Assembly (NCBI GenBank): GCA_963768055.1
Contig: CAVYGN010000002.1
Coordinates: forward strand, 1,120,001-1,184,000
Origin: an uncultured Spirochaetota bacterium
GTDB lineage: Bacteria; Spirochaetota; Brevinematia; Brevinematales; JAOACQ01
Length of the DNA: 64,000 nt
Direction: 5' to 3'
The notes under the pieces were generated by a model that saw only the letters and a program-made list of their open reading frames with translations, made no database searches and was not told the DNA's origin. A program made the position numbers and the translations under genes. The first letter of the stretch is position 1. Each line of letters starts with the position of its first letter. Below, one piece after another: positions 1 to 9,820 of the stretch.

Positions 1-28
1 ATGGAAACCGGAATCAAGGATTTTAAAA

Positions 29-964
29 ATGAAGCATATTATTATCCTTATTCACATTGTTACATTATCGGTGGGTTTCGGTGCAATGTTGCTGTTTTTC
101 ATAATTTATATTAAGAACAAAACGGAACTGCTCAGGCGTTATATGGTTTTCCTGCTCCTGTTCACAATTTACCTTATTATTAATTTTTTCAATGTTTACA
201 ATTTAACCGTCATCAATAATCCGGGCCCGGGAATTTATATAATTACAAATACCTTCTATTTTATCTGGTTCGTGTTTTTTATATATCAAATCCCCCTTTT
301 TATTCATGAACTCATAGGCGTCAGGATGAGTAAGCCGGAGAATTATTTGTTTCTCGGCATGTCGGTGCTTACTATTATATTGCTTGTTCTGCCTTTTGCA
401 GTAAAGGCCGGGGGCCGTGAGATTCTGGACATGATGAGGTTCGAACTCAAGTTTGTATGCTATGCAATGTTTCTTATCGCTTTTCTCAACACAATCCTGC
501 TAATCTGGGTTTACAGGCGGAGGATACAGCATGAAATCAACAGGAAGATCCTGAAAACGATTTTACTGATTTGCCTTATCTTTTTACCCGCATTTATAGC
601 CGACCTTTTCGTCGAGAAATTCAGGATGACGCTTCAGGTCCTTAACTACGGCATCGATTTCGAAATAATTTTTTATCTTGTCTGGAATGTAATCAGCATA
701 GTCTATATAATACAGTATTTAATAACAAAGATAACGGTTGTTCCCAGCGTCAGGCTATCGGAGGATTTTGTCAGGAAATATTCAATATCCGCAAAAGAAA
801 AAGAGATTATTTCACTTATAGTTAAGGGTTATAACAATAAGCTGATAGCCGACTGTCTTTTTATAAGTTCCCAGACTGTAAAGAACCATATTTATAATAT
901 ATACCAGAAAGCATCTGTTAACAGCCGTGCGGAACTTGTCAGCCTCCTGAATCAATATTTTTAA
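29..964 (+). CDS. LuxR-family transcriptional regulator with N-terminal multi-pass membrane sensor domain
   Basis: About 7 hydrophobic segments, then a LuxR HTH (ISAKEKEII..GYNNKLIADCLFISSQTVKNHIYNIYQK..SRAEL). Confidence 0.9.
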   Translation: MKHIIILIHIVTLSVGFGAMLLFFIIYIKNKTELLRRYMVFLLLFTIYLIINFFNVYNLTVINNPGPGIYIITNTFYFIWFVFFIYQIPLFIHELIGVRMSKPENYLFLGMSVLTIILLVLPFAVKAGGREILDMMRFELKFVCYAMFLIAFLNTILLIWVYRRRIQHEINRKILKTILLICLIFLPAFIADLFVEKFRMTLQVLNYGIDFEIIFYLVWNVISIVYIIQYLITKITVVPSVRLSEDFVRKYSISAKEKEIISLIVKGYNNKLIADCLFISSQTVKNHIYNIYQKASVNSRAELVSLLNQYF

Positions 965-1128
965 GGACACTTTTAAAAACCTCTTTAAGGTAATGCCCAT
1001 CGGGCGATCATTAGAAAATTAGAATTCTAATTGTTAATCACATGGATAGTTTTTTTAGAACCGCCCATAATACGATTCCCTCCAAAAACTCTAATTAACA
1101 CTTTATTGTCACAAAAAACCTAAAAAAG

Positions 1129-1193
1129 TACCGGAGTACTATCAAAATGTTACCGGAGTACTATTGACCCCCGGGGACGGCAGGCGTGATAAT
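1129..1193 (+). promoter_or_regulatory. Tandem 14-bp direct repeat operator abutting a sigma70-like promoter
   Basis: TACCGGAGTACTAT at 1129-1142 and 1151-1164 (22-bp period); TTGACC 1164-1169, 18 bp, GATAAT 1188-1193. Confidence 0.7.
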
Positions 1194-1225
1194 TTTGACG
1201 GTTAAAATATTTTGGGAGGAATGCC

Positions 1226-1381
1226 ATGGAAAAGCGGTATGATTCGGAAAGGTTCATTAAAGTCCCGGTGCGTGAGCTCCTGAAAAGTTTCAGGCCTATA
1301 AACCTTGGTGAATTGAAAGGCCCTATGTTCCAATGTTTAAATATCGGAATTTTTACAGGGCTTGGAACTGTCAAAGCTTAG
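1226..1381 (+). CDS. Small 51-aa ORF (MEKRYDSERF...GLGTVKA), or frameshifted 5' part of the next gene
   Basis: GGGAGG RBS at 1214-1219, ATG 1226, first ORF after the promoter; below the ORF-track size cut-off. Confidence 0.45.
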   Translation: MEKRYDSERFIKVPVRELLKSFRPINLGELKGPMFQCLNIGIFTGLGTVKA

Positions 1382-2540
1382 CGGTATCCGGAGCGGGCCG
1401 ATGAGACCTTCTTTGTTTGTTTTAAGCCTCTGGATAGAAATTTTCGGGATTTTTTGCTATCTCAGAGCTTTATTAAAAAAAAAACTGAGAGTGAAGATTC
1501 CGGGAGCAGAGGGCGGAGAGCGGCCGGAACCGATTGAGCTAAAGGATATGCTCCGGACGATCAGGGTTATGAAGGGTACTATGGCGGGAGAGGACGAGAG
1601 TCTTGGAGCTCTAAAAAAAATGGTGCAGAAACAGCTGTATCTTTCAACTGTTGAGTTCTCCGTATATTTTTTTGCTCTCCGTCATCCCCGTCTTTTTTTG
1701 ATTTATGTTTCAAAGCTGCTCTTTAAAAAATATGAGGATCTTTTCAGAAATAGCTGGAAAGAGGGCGGGAGATTATTTTTCGTACATAATTTTATTGGAG
1801 GCAAGACGGCGATACTAAGCCTTATTTCGGGGTTTATTAATAAAGGGATCAAGTCGATTGTTTTCGTAGATGAAGCGGTCTTCCTGCTTATGAAAAAAAT
1901 GTACGGTGTTATCCTGAAAAGCATTGGGATTGAAGAAAAAGATCATCCCCTTCCGGAAATGGAAATATTCTCTATAAAGGGAAAATTTTTCATGGAATAT
2001 TTCGGGCCTGCCAGCTCCCAAAGCGAAATAATTTTCCTGAACAGCAGGAAAAAAGAAAACCTTAAGAGGGCGCTGGATTATATTAATAAAAATAGTTACA
2101 ACCTTGTAATGATCCCTGAAACTGCCGCTGGCGGAAAAAAAAAGATGCTCGTTAAGTTTTTAGGCAAGGATCTTTTAATTCCCGGGAGTATAGAACCCCT
2201 GTTGAAGGAGGCTGCTTTTTTAATCTCCATCATCCCCGATGCTTCCGAAAACCTGATGCAGCCGGAATTTAAAATTAAGGAATACGAGACCGGGCCGGGA
2301 ACTGAGGCATCTGTTTTGATGCAGTCCGTGCTGAAAAGGTGCGAGAATCTTGCTTTCGTTAGGCCGGAATTATACCTTCCATTTAATTTTCCCTCGATGT
2401 GGAACAATCTTTTCCCTTATGAGAAAGAGGAAAATACGTCAATAATCGATGTCCTTCCCTGGAGGGAAAAATGCCTGATCCTGCTTTCCGACGGGCAATT
2501 CCTGATAGGAAGCAGGGGTAAGCTCAAGGAAATTATTTGA
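1362..2540 (+). CDS. Hypothetical protein, possibly distant acyltransferase-like (start may be ATG 1401)
   Basis: Long ORF; weak resemblance to lipid acyltransferases (LVMIPE, VKFLGK, RPELYL). Confidence 0.55.
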   Translation: MELSKLSGIRSGPMRPSLFVLSLWIEIFGIFCYLRALLKKKLRVKIPGAEGGERPEPIELKDMLRTIRVMKGTMAGEDESLGALKKMVQKQLYLSTVEFSVYFFALRHPRLFLIYVSKLLFKKYEDLFRNSWKEGGRLFFVHNFIGGKTAILSLISGFINKGIKSIVFVDEAVFLLMKKMYGVILKSIGIEEKDHPLPEMEIFSIKGKFFMEYFGPASSQSEIIFLNSRKKENLKRALDYINKNSYNLVMIPETAAGGKKKMLVKFLGKDLLIPGSIEPLLKEAAFLISIIPDASENLMQPEFKIKEYETGPGTEASVLMQSVLKRCENLAFVRPELYLPFNFPSMWNNLFPYEKEENTSIIDVLPWREKCLILLSDGQFLIGSRGKLKEII

Positions 2541-2570
2541 ATATGGATGAATAATCTATACTTTTCAAGC

Positions 2571-2631
2571 GCGCGGATTGCCGATAACCCCAATCCCCAA
2601 AAACCCCATCCGGCAATCCGTGCTCCTTTTT
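2571..2631 (+). terminator. GC-rich hairpin followed by a T-run (probable terminator)
   Basis: GCGCGGATTGCCG / CGGCAATCCGTGC then TCCTTTTT. Confidence 0.45.
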
Positions 2632-2644
2632 ATTATGAAAAGGT

Positions 2645-2735
2645 TGTCATTTCGAGCATAGCGTTTATCCCGCCTTGGCGGGGAGAAATCTTCCCCAGGG
2701 CAAGATTTCTCGTCGCTGCACTCCTCGAAATGACA
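2645..2735. repeat. REP/RPE-like palindromic miniature element
   Basis: TGTCATTTCGAG...CTCGAAATGACA terminal IR; inner GAGAAATCTT/AAGATTTCTC IR. Confidence 0.7.
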
Positions 2736-2801
2736 TAACCGGAGAAAATCATAAAGAAGCTGGTATTTGCTTGAAAGGCCTTGGTATATTTTAAGGATGA
2801 G

Positions 2802-3986
2802 TTATTTTGAATATTGAATAACTTTAACGACTTCGATGACTTTTGTATCCGAATATCCCAGGGATATCATTTTTTTTGCGAGTTCCCTGGCGTCTCCAAG
2901 GTCCTTGATCCCTCTGATCTCGGCAATGTACATATCATTTCTATAAAAAACCCCGAGGGGAATATTCTGGCCGCTTTTAACTATGTCGGCGGCTGCGAGG
3001 TTTGCGACGCTAAGGTCCTTGAATTCCCCTATTCTGACTACATATTCCTGAAAGTCCGATCTGATCAGGTTGTCGTTAGCTCCTTCCGATTCCTCCGAGA
3101 TATTCTCGGCATGCTTTTCAAGTTTATCAAGGACCGTCAAAGTCTGGTTCTGGTAAGGAATGTCAACCGGTGTTGTAAAAGCGTCTGCGATCCATCGGAC
3201 CTCATCGGTTTTATTTATATTATTCTTAATAAAATAGTCAAAATATACTCCGGACATTGAAGCCTCGGGAGAAAGGGGAAATGTTGTTTTCAACATTGAA
3301 AATATATAAAGTGATTTTTCAAAATGGCCTGCGATGTCATTTCTATAAAAATAAGATTTACCGGCATAGTAAAGCGCCCTTGCACCATTGTCGAAAGCCC
3401 ATTTCTTAAGCTTCAGGGCCTGTTCTATAAGTCCCTGGGCTTCGGTATATTTTTCTTCGTCAAGGAGACACTTAATCAGAATGATAAATCCCTTATAAGC
3501 CAGTGCGCTGTCTTTGGTCTGTTGAAGGAGCTTATTTGCATATCCCTTGGCCTTGTCCCTGAAGCCGTTTGAAGAATAAATAAGAGAGAGCATATAATAA
3601 GACCTGTCGGATGAGATTTTCATATACTCATTAATGGCCGCGGTCTGATTGTCCATTATATAAAAAATGTCGGCAAGCTTTTCCACGGCGTTGGTCCAGT
3701 ACTGGAAATCCGGGTATTTTTCTTTGATAATGCTGAGGTAATCTATTATCTTGATATAGTCCGTTTCGATAAAAGAAAGCATGTAAACGGAATAGGGTAC
3801 GTATTTTGAAGACGGGAATTCGTTGATAAGCTGGAGATAGCTATTGCGGGCTTCTTCATAATTCTTGAATTTGTACAGATCATTGGCTTCTTTATATACA
3901 ATGTAAGCCTGTACGTCATTTGTCGCTTCCGAATAAACAAGCCCGGATAAAACGATAAGCAGAACTGTAAGGAGGTATTTTTTCAT
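2802..3986 (-). CDS. Secreted TPR (BamD/YfiO-like) protein with C-terminal SPOR-like domain
   Basis: Signal peptide; TPR motifs (YEEARNSYLQLINEFPSSKY); C-terminal YVVRIGEF..A...A pattern. Confidence 0.7.
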   Translation of the reverse strand: MKKYLLTVLLIVLSGLVYSEATNDVQAYIVYKEANDLYKFKNYEEARNSYLQLINEFPSSKYVPYSVYMLSFIETDYIKIIDYLSIIKEKYPDFQYWTNAVEKLADIFYIMDNQTAAINEYMKISSDRSYYMLSLIYSSNGFRDKAKGYANKLLQQTKDSALAYKGFIILIKCLLDEEKYTEAQGLIEQALKLKKWAFDNGARALYYAGKSYFYRNDIAGHFEKSLYIFSMLKTTFPLSPEASMSGVYFDYFIKNNINKTDEVRWIADAFTTPVDIPYQNQTLTVLDKLEKHAENISEESEGANDNLIRSDFQEYVVRIGEFKDLSVANLAAADIVKSGQNIPLGVFYRNDMYIAEIRGIKDLGDARELAKKMISLGYSDTKVIEVVKVIQYSK

Positions 3987-4056
3987 GAAGAGGCCTCATA
4001 AAATAAGATCGATCGATAGATATATCGGAACAAAATCCCCTTTTATTAATGAGGCC

Positions 4057-4485
4057 CTACAGGCTGTAAAGATCCTTAGCTTCGATGAAATTAATTTCCT
4101 TATTTTTTAATTTTTCCAGTACAAGTTTATTATTATCGAATCGGAAGATCATGATCGCCTTATCAGGCAGTTTACCGAGGAAAGCATACATGTATTCGAT
4201 ATTGATATGATTTTCATCGAAGATGCCGAGGATTTTCGCAAGCCCCCCGGGCCTGTCGTCAACCTCGATCGCGAGTACGTCGGTAGCCGAGACCGTATAA
4301 TTTTCTTTCTTCAGGATATCAATAGCCCTGTCCGGGTCATTGATTATGAGCCTGAGAATTCCGAAATCCGAAGTATCGGCTATCGACAGCGCCCTTATGT
4401 TCAGGCTGTTCTTTGCCAGCAGGCGACTTACCTCGTAGAGCCTGCCCGCGCGGTTTTCTAAAAAAATAGAAACCTGTTTAACCAT
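4057..4485 (-). CDS. Tandem ACT-domain protein
   Basis: QVSIFLENRAGRL..NIRALSIADTSDFGILR; typical paaK neighbour. Confidence 0.9.
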   Translation of the reverse strand: MVKQVSIFLENRAGRLYEVSRLLAKNSLNIRALSIADTSDFGILRLIINDPDRAIDILKKENYTVSATDVLAIEVDDRPGGLAKILGIFDENHINIEYMYAFLGKLPDKAIMIFRFDNNKLVLEKLKNKEINFIEAKDLYSL

Positions 4486-4526
4486 TTTAGCCTCCTTTTA
4501 AATTAATAAGGCGCTAATTTAATCAA

Positions 4527-5843
4527 TCATATCCGCCTTTTGTCTACGATCCTTTTCGCTTTACCCTCGCTCCGTTCCACTGTGAGGGGTTCCACGAGTT
4601 TAACCCTTACGGAAATGCCAAGCACATTCTCTATCTCATCCCTGATCTTTTTCTCGCTTTGCTCGAGGCCCTTGATCTCGTCTGAAAACACTTTCTGGTT
4701 CACTTCTACCATGACAGTCAATATGTCGAGATTATGTTCCCTCTCTACGATAAGCTGATAGTGTGGAGACACTTCCTCTATTTTAACGAGAACTTCCTCA
4801 ATCTGAGACGGGAAGACATTTATTCCGCGAATGATAAGCATATCGTCGGACCTGCCCATTATCCTGTCTATGCGGGGGTGTGTCCTTCCGCAGGGGCATT
4901 CTCCGGGGATAAAGCTTGTCAGGTCCCTTGTCCTGTACCTTATAAGGGGGATGCCTTTTTTAGTGAGAGTGGTTATTACAAGTTCGCCCTTCTGGCCCAG
5001 TTTTGCCGGTAATCCGGTTTGAGGGTCGATAATTTCAGGATAAAAATGATCATCGAATATATGCAAACCGTTCTGCTCGAGGCATTCGTTCGCAACGCCG
5101 GGGCCGATTATTTCAGAAAGACCGTAAATGTTGAGGGCTTTTATAGGCAGGCGTTTTTCGATTTCTTTGCGCATGGCCTGCGACCACGGCTCCGCTCCGA
5201 AGACGCCGAACCTGAGCTTCAGTTTTTTCTTATCGATTCCCTTTTTCTCGATTTCTTCAGCAAGATAAAGGGAATACGAAGGGGTGCAGGTAATTATATC
5301 TGTGCCGAAGTCTTCAAGAATGAGTATCTGCCTGGCCGTGTTTCCCCCGGAAATGGGAATTACACTTGCGCCGATTTTTTCAACACCATAATGTATCCCG
5401 AGTCCTCCGGTGAAAAGCCCATATCCGTAAGCATTTTGAACGATCGAATGCTTTGTAACACCGGATGCGGTAAGTGACCGCGCCATGACCTCCGACCATA
5501 TATCGATATCTTCTTTTGTATAGCCTACAACTGTCGGTTTTCCTGTTGTGCCGCTCGAAGCATGAATCCTTACAATCTTTTCCAGAGGTACGCTGAATAA
5601 ACCGTAAGGGTAATTATCCCTGAGATCGGCTTTTGTGGTGAAAGGCAGGTTTTGAATATCCTCGATTTTCCTGATATCGCCGGGCTTGATCTTCATCTCG
5701 TTAATTTTCCTGGTGTAGAAAGGAACGTTTTCATAAACATAAGAAATCAGTTCTTTAAGACGGTAAAGCTGAAGAGAAATCCTGGTATCAGGATCCATCG
5801 TTTCCATTTCAGTATTCCAAATAGGGTAGGGGAATTTCTGCAT
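4527..5843 (-). CDS. paaK: Phenylacetate-CoA ligase family
   Basis: [49 protein letters not shown] before ATG 5843. Confidence 0.93.
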   Translation of the reverse strand: MQKFPYPIWNTEMETMDPDTRISLQLYRLKELISYVYENVPFYTRKINEMKIKPGDIRKIEDIQNLPFTTKADLRDNYPYGLFSVPLEKIVRIHASSGTTGKPTVVGYTKEDIDIWSEVMARSLTASGVTKHSIVQNAYGYGLFTGGLGIHYGVEKIGASVIPISGGNTARQILILEDFGTDIITCTPSYSLYLAEEIEKKGIDKKKLKLRFGVFGAEPWSQAMRKEIEKRLPIKALNIYGLSEIIGPGVANECLEQNGLHIFDDHFYPEIIDPQTGLPAKLGQKGELVITTLTKKGIPLIRYRTRDLTSFIPGECPCGRTHPRIDRIMGRSDDMLIIRGINVFPSQIEEVLVKIEEVSPHYQLIVEREHNLDILTVMVEVNQKVFSDEIKGLEQSEKKIRDEIENVLGISVRVKLVEPLTVERSEGKAKRIVDKRRI

Positions 5844-5886
5844 AAAAACCTCCTTACAGGACATTCTTTATTATTAGCGCCATTCA

Positions 5887-6771
5887 TTAATTACGAAGGG
5901 CATTATATATTTTTATTGTCGCCTGAGATTTGTTCAACGTGTAAAAATGAAGACCCCTGACTTTATTAGAGAGAAGATTGCTGCATTGTTCGATTGCAAA
6001 TTCAACTCCGATATTTTCTACTTCGTAAGGTTTATCCTTATATTTTTCCATTTTTGAAGCTATATCTGCAGGCAGGACAGCATTGCACATGATGAAAAAA
6101 CGTTGAATCTGGCTGAAGTTTGTTACCGGCATGATCCCCGGAATGATCGGGATATTTATTCCCCGTTTAAAACACCGTTCGGCGAAATCATAATAGTCGT
6201 TGTTATTAAAAAAGAGCTGGGTAATACCGAATTCCATCCCCGCATCTACTTTTATTTCAAGATTTGACATTTCTTCTTCCCAATTTTTAGATTCGGGATG
6301 CCTGCCCGTATAAACAGCGCCTCCAATTGAAAAATAATCGTTGAAGTTTTCTTTGATAAGCAGCATCAGGTCGGATGCGTGAGGGATCTCGTCATTATCC
6401 GGATCGGTAGTATTTCCGAAAGGCCTGTCCCCCCTGAGAGCCATAATATTATCGATCCCTGCATCCACATATACTTTCAGAATATCAAGGAGCTCTTTTT
6501 TGGTGTGGGCGACCGAGGTCAGGTGAGCCATAACATTCAGCCTTTCCTCGCGGGCAATGGCGGTTAATACCTTTATCGTGGAATCGCGGCTGCTGCCGCC
6601 GGCCCCGTAAGTTACGGATATGAATGAAGGTTTAAGCTCTTCGAGCCTTTTCAGGTTTGAAAACAGCTCGATTTCCCCTCCATGGGTCTTGGGCGGAAAA
6701 AACTCGAAAGAGGTAGTAAAATTACTTTTCAGTATTTCGCTTATTTTCACCAGAAAATCTCCATTTTCCAT
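5887..6771 (-). CDS. metF: 5,10-methylenetetrahydrofolate reductase
   Basis: SFEFFPPK, SVTYGAGGS, ALRGD, ITQLFF, PGIMP, LHFYTLN. Confidence 0.95.
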   Translation of the reverse strand: MENGDFLVKISEILKSNFTTSFEFFPPKTHGGEIELFSNLKRLEELKPSFISVTYGAGGSSRDSTIKVLTAIAREERLNVMAHLTSVAHTKKELLDILKVYVDAGIDNIMALRGDRPFGNTTDPDNDEIPHASDLMLLIKENFNDYFSIGGAVYTGRHPESKNWEEEMSNLEIKVDAGMEFGITQLFFNNNDYYDFAERCFKRGINIPIIPGIMPVTNFSQIQRFFIMCNAVLPADIASKMEKYKDKPYEVENIGVEFAIEQCSNLLSNKVRGLHFYTLNKSQATIKIYNALRN

Positions 6772-7329
6772 TCAGGCCTTTTTTATAGAAATTTTAATAG
6801 AATCATCCCCGGAATTTATTCGATAATTGCCCGGTCCGATTCCCTTAAATTCGATCTCATCTTTATCAGACTTTTTAGAAAACAGGGGAAGACGGTCTCC
6901 CATTCTTTTTATCTCCGTTGGCTGATTTTTGAGGCCCGGCGACTTAATGCTAATCCGGCATTTGCCGCTGTCTCCAGCCTGGACTCCGATTTCAATGTTT
7001 ATTGTCCCGGCAGAACAAATGGCCTTATATACAGCGGGTTTCCCGCTTCTGGTATTTGCGAGAGGCATAAGGCGGGTTTCAACCGAGGGAGAGAATGCGC
7101 TTTCGACCGATCCGTTACGAATTTTAACAATCAGCGAAAGTTCCCGTCTGGCCTTTACAGCGGTGTAAGCGTCGATCCTGGCGTTCAAGCGGTTCAACTC
7201 TGTAATTTCCCCGATGCAATCGCCGCATTTACTGAGATGATCTTCTATAATTTCAAACCTGGATGACTTCCCGTCAAGATAGAGGAGCATTTCATTTTCG
7301 GAAAAATTCCCGCATCCGAAAGCCATCAT
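6772..7329 (-). CDS. Putative zinc-finger (HxxxCxxC) anti-sigma factor
   Basis: YLDG..IEDHLSKCGDC; overlaps the upstream sigma-like gene. Confidence 0.7.
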   Translation of the reverse strand: MMAFGCGNFSENEMLLYLDGKSSRFEIIEDHLSKCGDCIGEITELNRLNARIDAYTAVKARRELSLIVKIRNGSVESAFSPSVETRLMPLANTRSGKPAVYKAICSAGTINIEIGVQAGDSGKCRISIKSPGLKNQPTEIKRMGDRLPLFSKKSDKDEIEFKGIGPGNYRINSGDDSIKISIKKA

Positions 7330-8192
7330 AACCTCCTTCCACGGGTATTCATTTTATACATTATGACCATTTTAAGCTTTTTCTTTGACTCCGCGAGGTG
7401 TCTTTTAGCCCTTACGATATTTTCGAAAAGCGGGGCGAAAACGGTAAACAGGTTTTTGTCCGGGGATTCCATATCCCTTATTTTCCTTGTTTTAGCTGCT
7501 TCATACCGCGCGATCCTCCATAATAGGCGGCTACGCTGCTCTCCTGAATTATTCCTGTAAAGCCTGTATTTCAGGTCCCTCAGGATAGAATTTATATAAG
7601 TTATTTTGGAGGCCGACAGCCGGGCTCTCTCGGTTTCATCGGAGCGGGCTTTAATCAGGTTAGCCTGAACAGCAAGAATTTCCCTGATTGTCAGATGAAA
7701 AACTTTCGAAGAGGCCAGGATTTCATCCGAAGTTATAGAAAGAGGCATATAAAAGAACTTAAGCGACAGCCTCTCGATCTCCCGGAGGTTCTGCAAGCAT
7801 TCATGCAGGAATGAATAATCCCTCCCCTCGGTTTCAAACACCTCCGCGGCTGTTTCGTTTTCATGATCCTCAATTCTCAGGTCATGTATGGCCTGCTTCT
7901 TTTGAAAGCGCATGAAATGTGAAAACTGATTCCTGAGGACATAGTTGAACCAGGTTTTAAAAAGAAGGTCCTCTTCCAGCGGGAAATTTTTTATAACACC
8001 TTCAAGCCTTTCAATCATATATATGTAAAATTCGGAGCATGTATCCATGTCTTTCCTGTAAGCCGCGCGGGGGAAATTATATATGTACATATCAGTAAGT
8101 TTTTTAAATTCGGTCATGCTGCGTGAAGAAGCTTCTCCGCCGCCTAAGTAATCGGAGATAGCGCTTTTTATCTTTATGTCGTTCAGGTCCAT
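7326..8192 (-). CDS. ECF-like sigma-70 factor with long C-terminal insertion
   Basis: Region-2-like FKTWFNYVLRN; region-4-like CLQNLREIERLSLKFFY; RBS before ATG 8192. Confidence 0.65.
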   Translation of the reverse strand: MDLNDIKIKSAISDYLGGGEASSRSMTEFKKLTDMYIYNFPRAAYRKDMDTCSEFYIYMIERLEGVIKNFPLEEDLLFKTWFNYVLRNQFSHFMRFQKKQAIHDLRIEDHENETAAEVFETEGRDYSFLHECLQNLREIERLSLKFFYMPLSITSDEILASSKVFHLTIREILAVQANLIKARSDETERARLSASKITYINSILRDLKYRLYRNNSGEQRSRLLWRIARYEAAKTRKIRDMESPDKNLFTVFAPLFENIVRAKRHLAESKKKLKMVIMYKMNTRGRRL

Positions 8193-8293
8193 GGAACCCT
8201 CCATTAACGGCGACATTATTTTAGGCAAAAGGATAGGAAAATGCAAGTAAGATTTTATTGAAATCCGGGTTCTTTTTTATTATAATAACCTCT

Positions 8294-8968
8294 ATGAAAG
8301 ACAGTCCTTTTCAGCGTTTCCTCAACGGCTTCATATTTATATTCACAAATTATACATGGAGTTTTGTCATAATTATCAGCCTGACGATAATAAGCAGCGC
8401 TTTTTCAATCCATTACCTCAATATGCTGGAAAGCGAGTTCGACCAGATTTTTCAATACGATATTGCCGGAAGGACCAATATCAAGGACGCTTATTCCATG
8501 ATTTTGAAAATAGACAGTGCGCTTAAAGATCTAAGGATAAACAAAGATGATCCGGACAGGGAACAAACCCTTGACATTATAACCTCGAATACGATTATCG
8601 TAACTAATTTGGTCGAGAAAACCGGGTGGAGGTTTGAAAAACAGACTGAAAGAAAAATTTATATTACGGCAAAACAGGACCTGTCGGATTTTATCGAGAT
8701 AATTAATTCAAAGGTCATCGAACTAAAGAATAATAATGAAATCGACGATGAATTTTTATACCGTCTCAGATCGGTGGAAGACAGGCTGCTTTCGGATTTT
8801 AATTCCCTTGTTTCTATAAAAAGGAATTCCATCGGAAGGGTTTTCGGAAATATCAAGCTTCAGCTTGAAACCTCCCTTATTTTAACCTCCCTGTTGCTGA
8901 TCCTTACCATACTAATACGCGCTATTATGTATTTTAACGGCAGAAAAAAGAAAAATGACTGCAAATGA
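8294..8968 (+). CDS. Two-TM protein with four-helix-bundle (4HB_MCP-like) periplasmic domain and no signalling domain
   Basis: TM-helical bundle-TM architecture; TTGAAA-17-TATAAT at 8258-8286 just upstream of ATG. Confidence 0.55.
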   Translation: MKDSPFQRFLNGFIFIFTNYTWSFVIIISLTIISSAFSIHYLNMLESEFDQIFQYDIAGRTNIKDAYSMILKIDSALKDLRINKDDPDREQTLDIITSNTIIVTNLVEKTGWRFEKQTERKIYITAKQDLSDFIEIINSKVIELKNNNEIDDEFLYRLRSVEDRLLSDFNSLVSIKRNSIGRVFGNIKLQLETSLILTSLLLILTILIRAIMYFNGRKKKNDCK

Positions 8969-9031
8969 ACATATTGATTTAAATATGGCAACAATATAAA
9001 ATATCATGAAGCTTCCCGGAGGAGGTCCCTG

Positions 9032-9535
9032 ATGACGCAGAAAAGATACCTGAGCATGACCCTTGTCATGTGCCTTTTAATGATCTCGATCGGCGGTTTC
9101 ATAATTCATACGACGAGTCATCCCGTTTCGGATAATCAGGCTTATTTAGTACCTTTCATAGCCGGTATTGTCAGCGTGCTGGTTCTTCCGATTATGTTCC
9201 TGAACAAACGTCTTATAGCTTACGCTTATCTGGCAAACGGCATGCTTGTAATTATAGGAACAATAACGATGCTGCATTTTACTTTTGTCAGCCTGCCCAG
9301 AAGATTCTCCCTCAATTACCTGATAATGAAAACCAATCTCCCTGAAATTCTCATACTCTGGGGGATTTTCGCGGTCGGAAAATTGATTTACGACCTCGAA
9401 TCAACGACCGTCAACAACCTTGACGCACAGAAACCCAAGGGCAAATTCATACGATTCCCGAACATGGGCTACTGGCTTATACACCTGGGGACTCTTTCCA
9501 TAGTGTATTACCTTGGCCATGTCCTGTGGAGATGA
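9032..9535 (+). CDS. Hypothetical membrane protein
   Basis: GGAGG RBS, 4-5 TM segments. Confidence 0.8.
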   Translation: MTQKRYLSMTLVMCLLMISIGGFIIHTTSHPVSDNQAYLVPFIAGIVSVLVLPIMFLNKRLIAYAYLANGMLVIIGTITMLHFTFVSLPRRFSLNYLIMKTNLPEILILWGIFAVGKLIYDLESTTVNNLDAQKPKGKFIRFPNMGYWLIHLGTLSIVYYLGHVLWR

Positions 9536-9542
9536 TCTTTTT

Positions 9543-9571
9543 TTGATTTAACTAAAAGAAAGTCTTATAAT
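9543..9571 (+). promoter_or_regulatory. Sigma70 promoter of tRNA-Ser
   Basis: TTGATT-17 bp-TATAAT. Confidence 0.7.
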
Positions 9572-9585
9572 AACCGGCTTTTTTT

Positions 9586-9670
9586 GGAGAGATGTCCGAG
9601 TGGTTTAAGGAGCGCGCTTGGAAGGCGCGTGTACAGCAATGTACCGGGGGTTCGAATCCCCCTCTCTCCG
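9586..9670 (+). tRNA. tRNA-Ser (anticodon GGA)
   Basis: GGAGAGA acceptor stem, CGCGC-TTGGAAG-GCGCG anticodon arm, long variable arm, GGTTCGAATCC T-loop; no encoded CCA. Confidence 0.97.
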
Positions 9671-9820
9671 ATTCCTTCTCATACCTCATTTCATTGCAAT
9701 TAAAGCACTTACACCTCGACTGGTTCCCTAAACGGGAGCCTATCACTAAATTAGCTACAAAGTTCATTTATTGCTTTGGGGGTGTTTTCTATGCTACAAT
9801 TAATCATTGAGGTGCTAAAT

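Noticed and set aside
2547..2738. 63-aa ORF
   Set aside because: Made of the hairpin and the palindromic element; no coding signal
2814..7560. Many plus-strand ORFs opposite TPR/paaK/metF/sigma genes
   Set aside because: Antisense shadows of well-supported genes; the same applies to shadows within IS and HU genes
9650..9670. Exact attR duplicate of the tRNA 3' end
   Set aside because: No perfect copy found by eye in the window; only the degenerate copies reported above
9552..9810. ORFs 9552-9767(-) and 9592-9810(+)
   Set aside because: They overlap tRNA-Ser; translation artefacts
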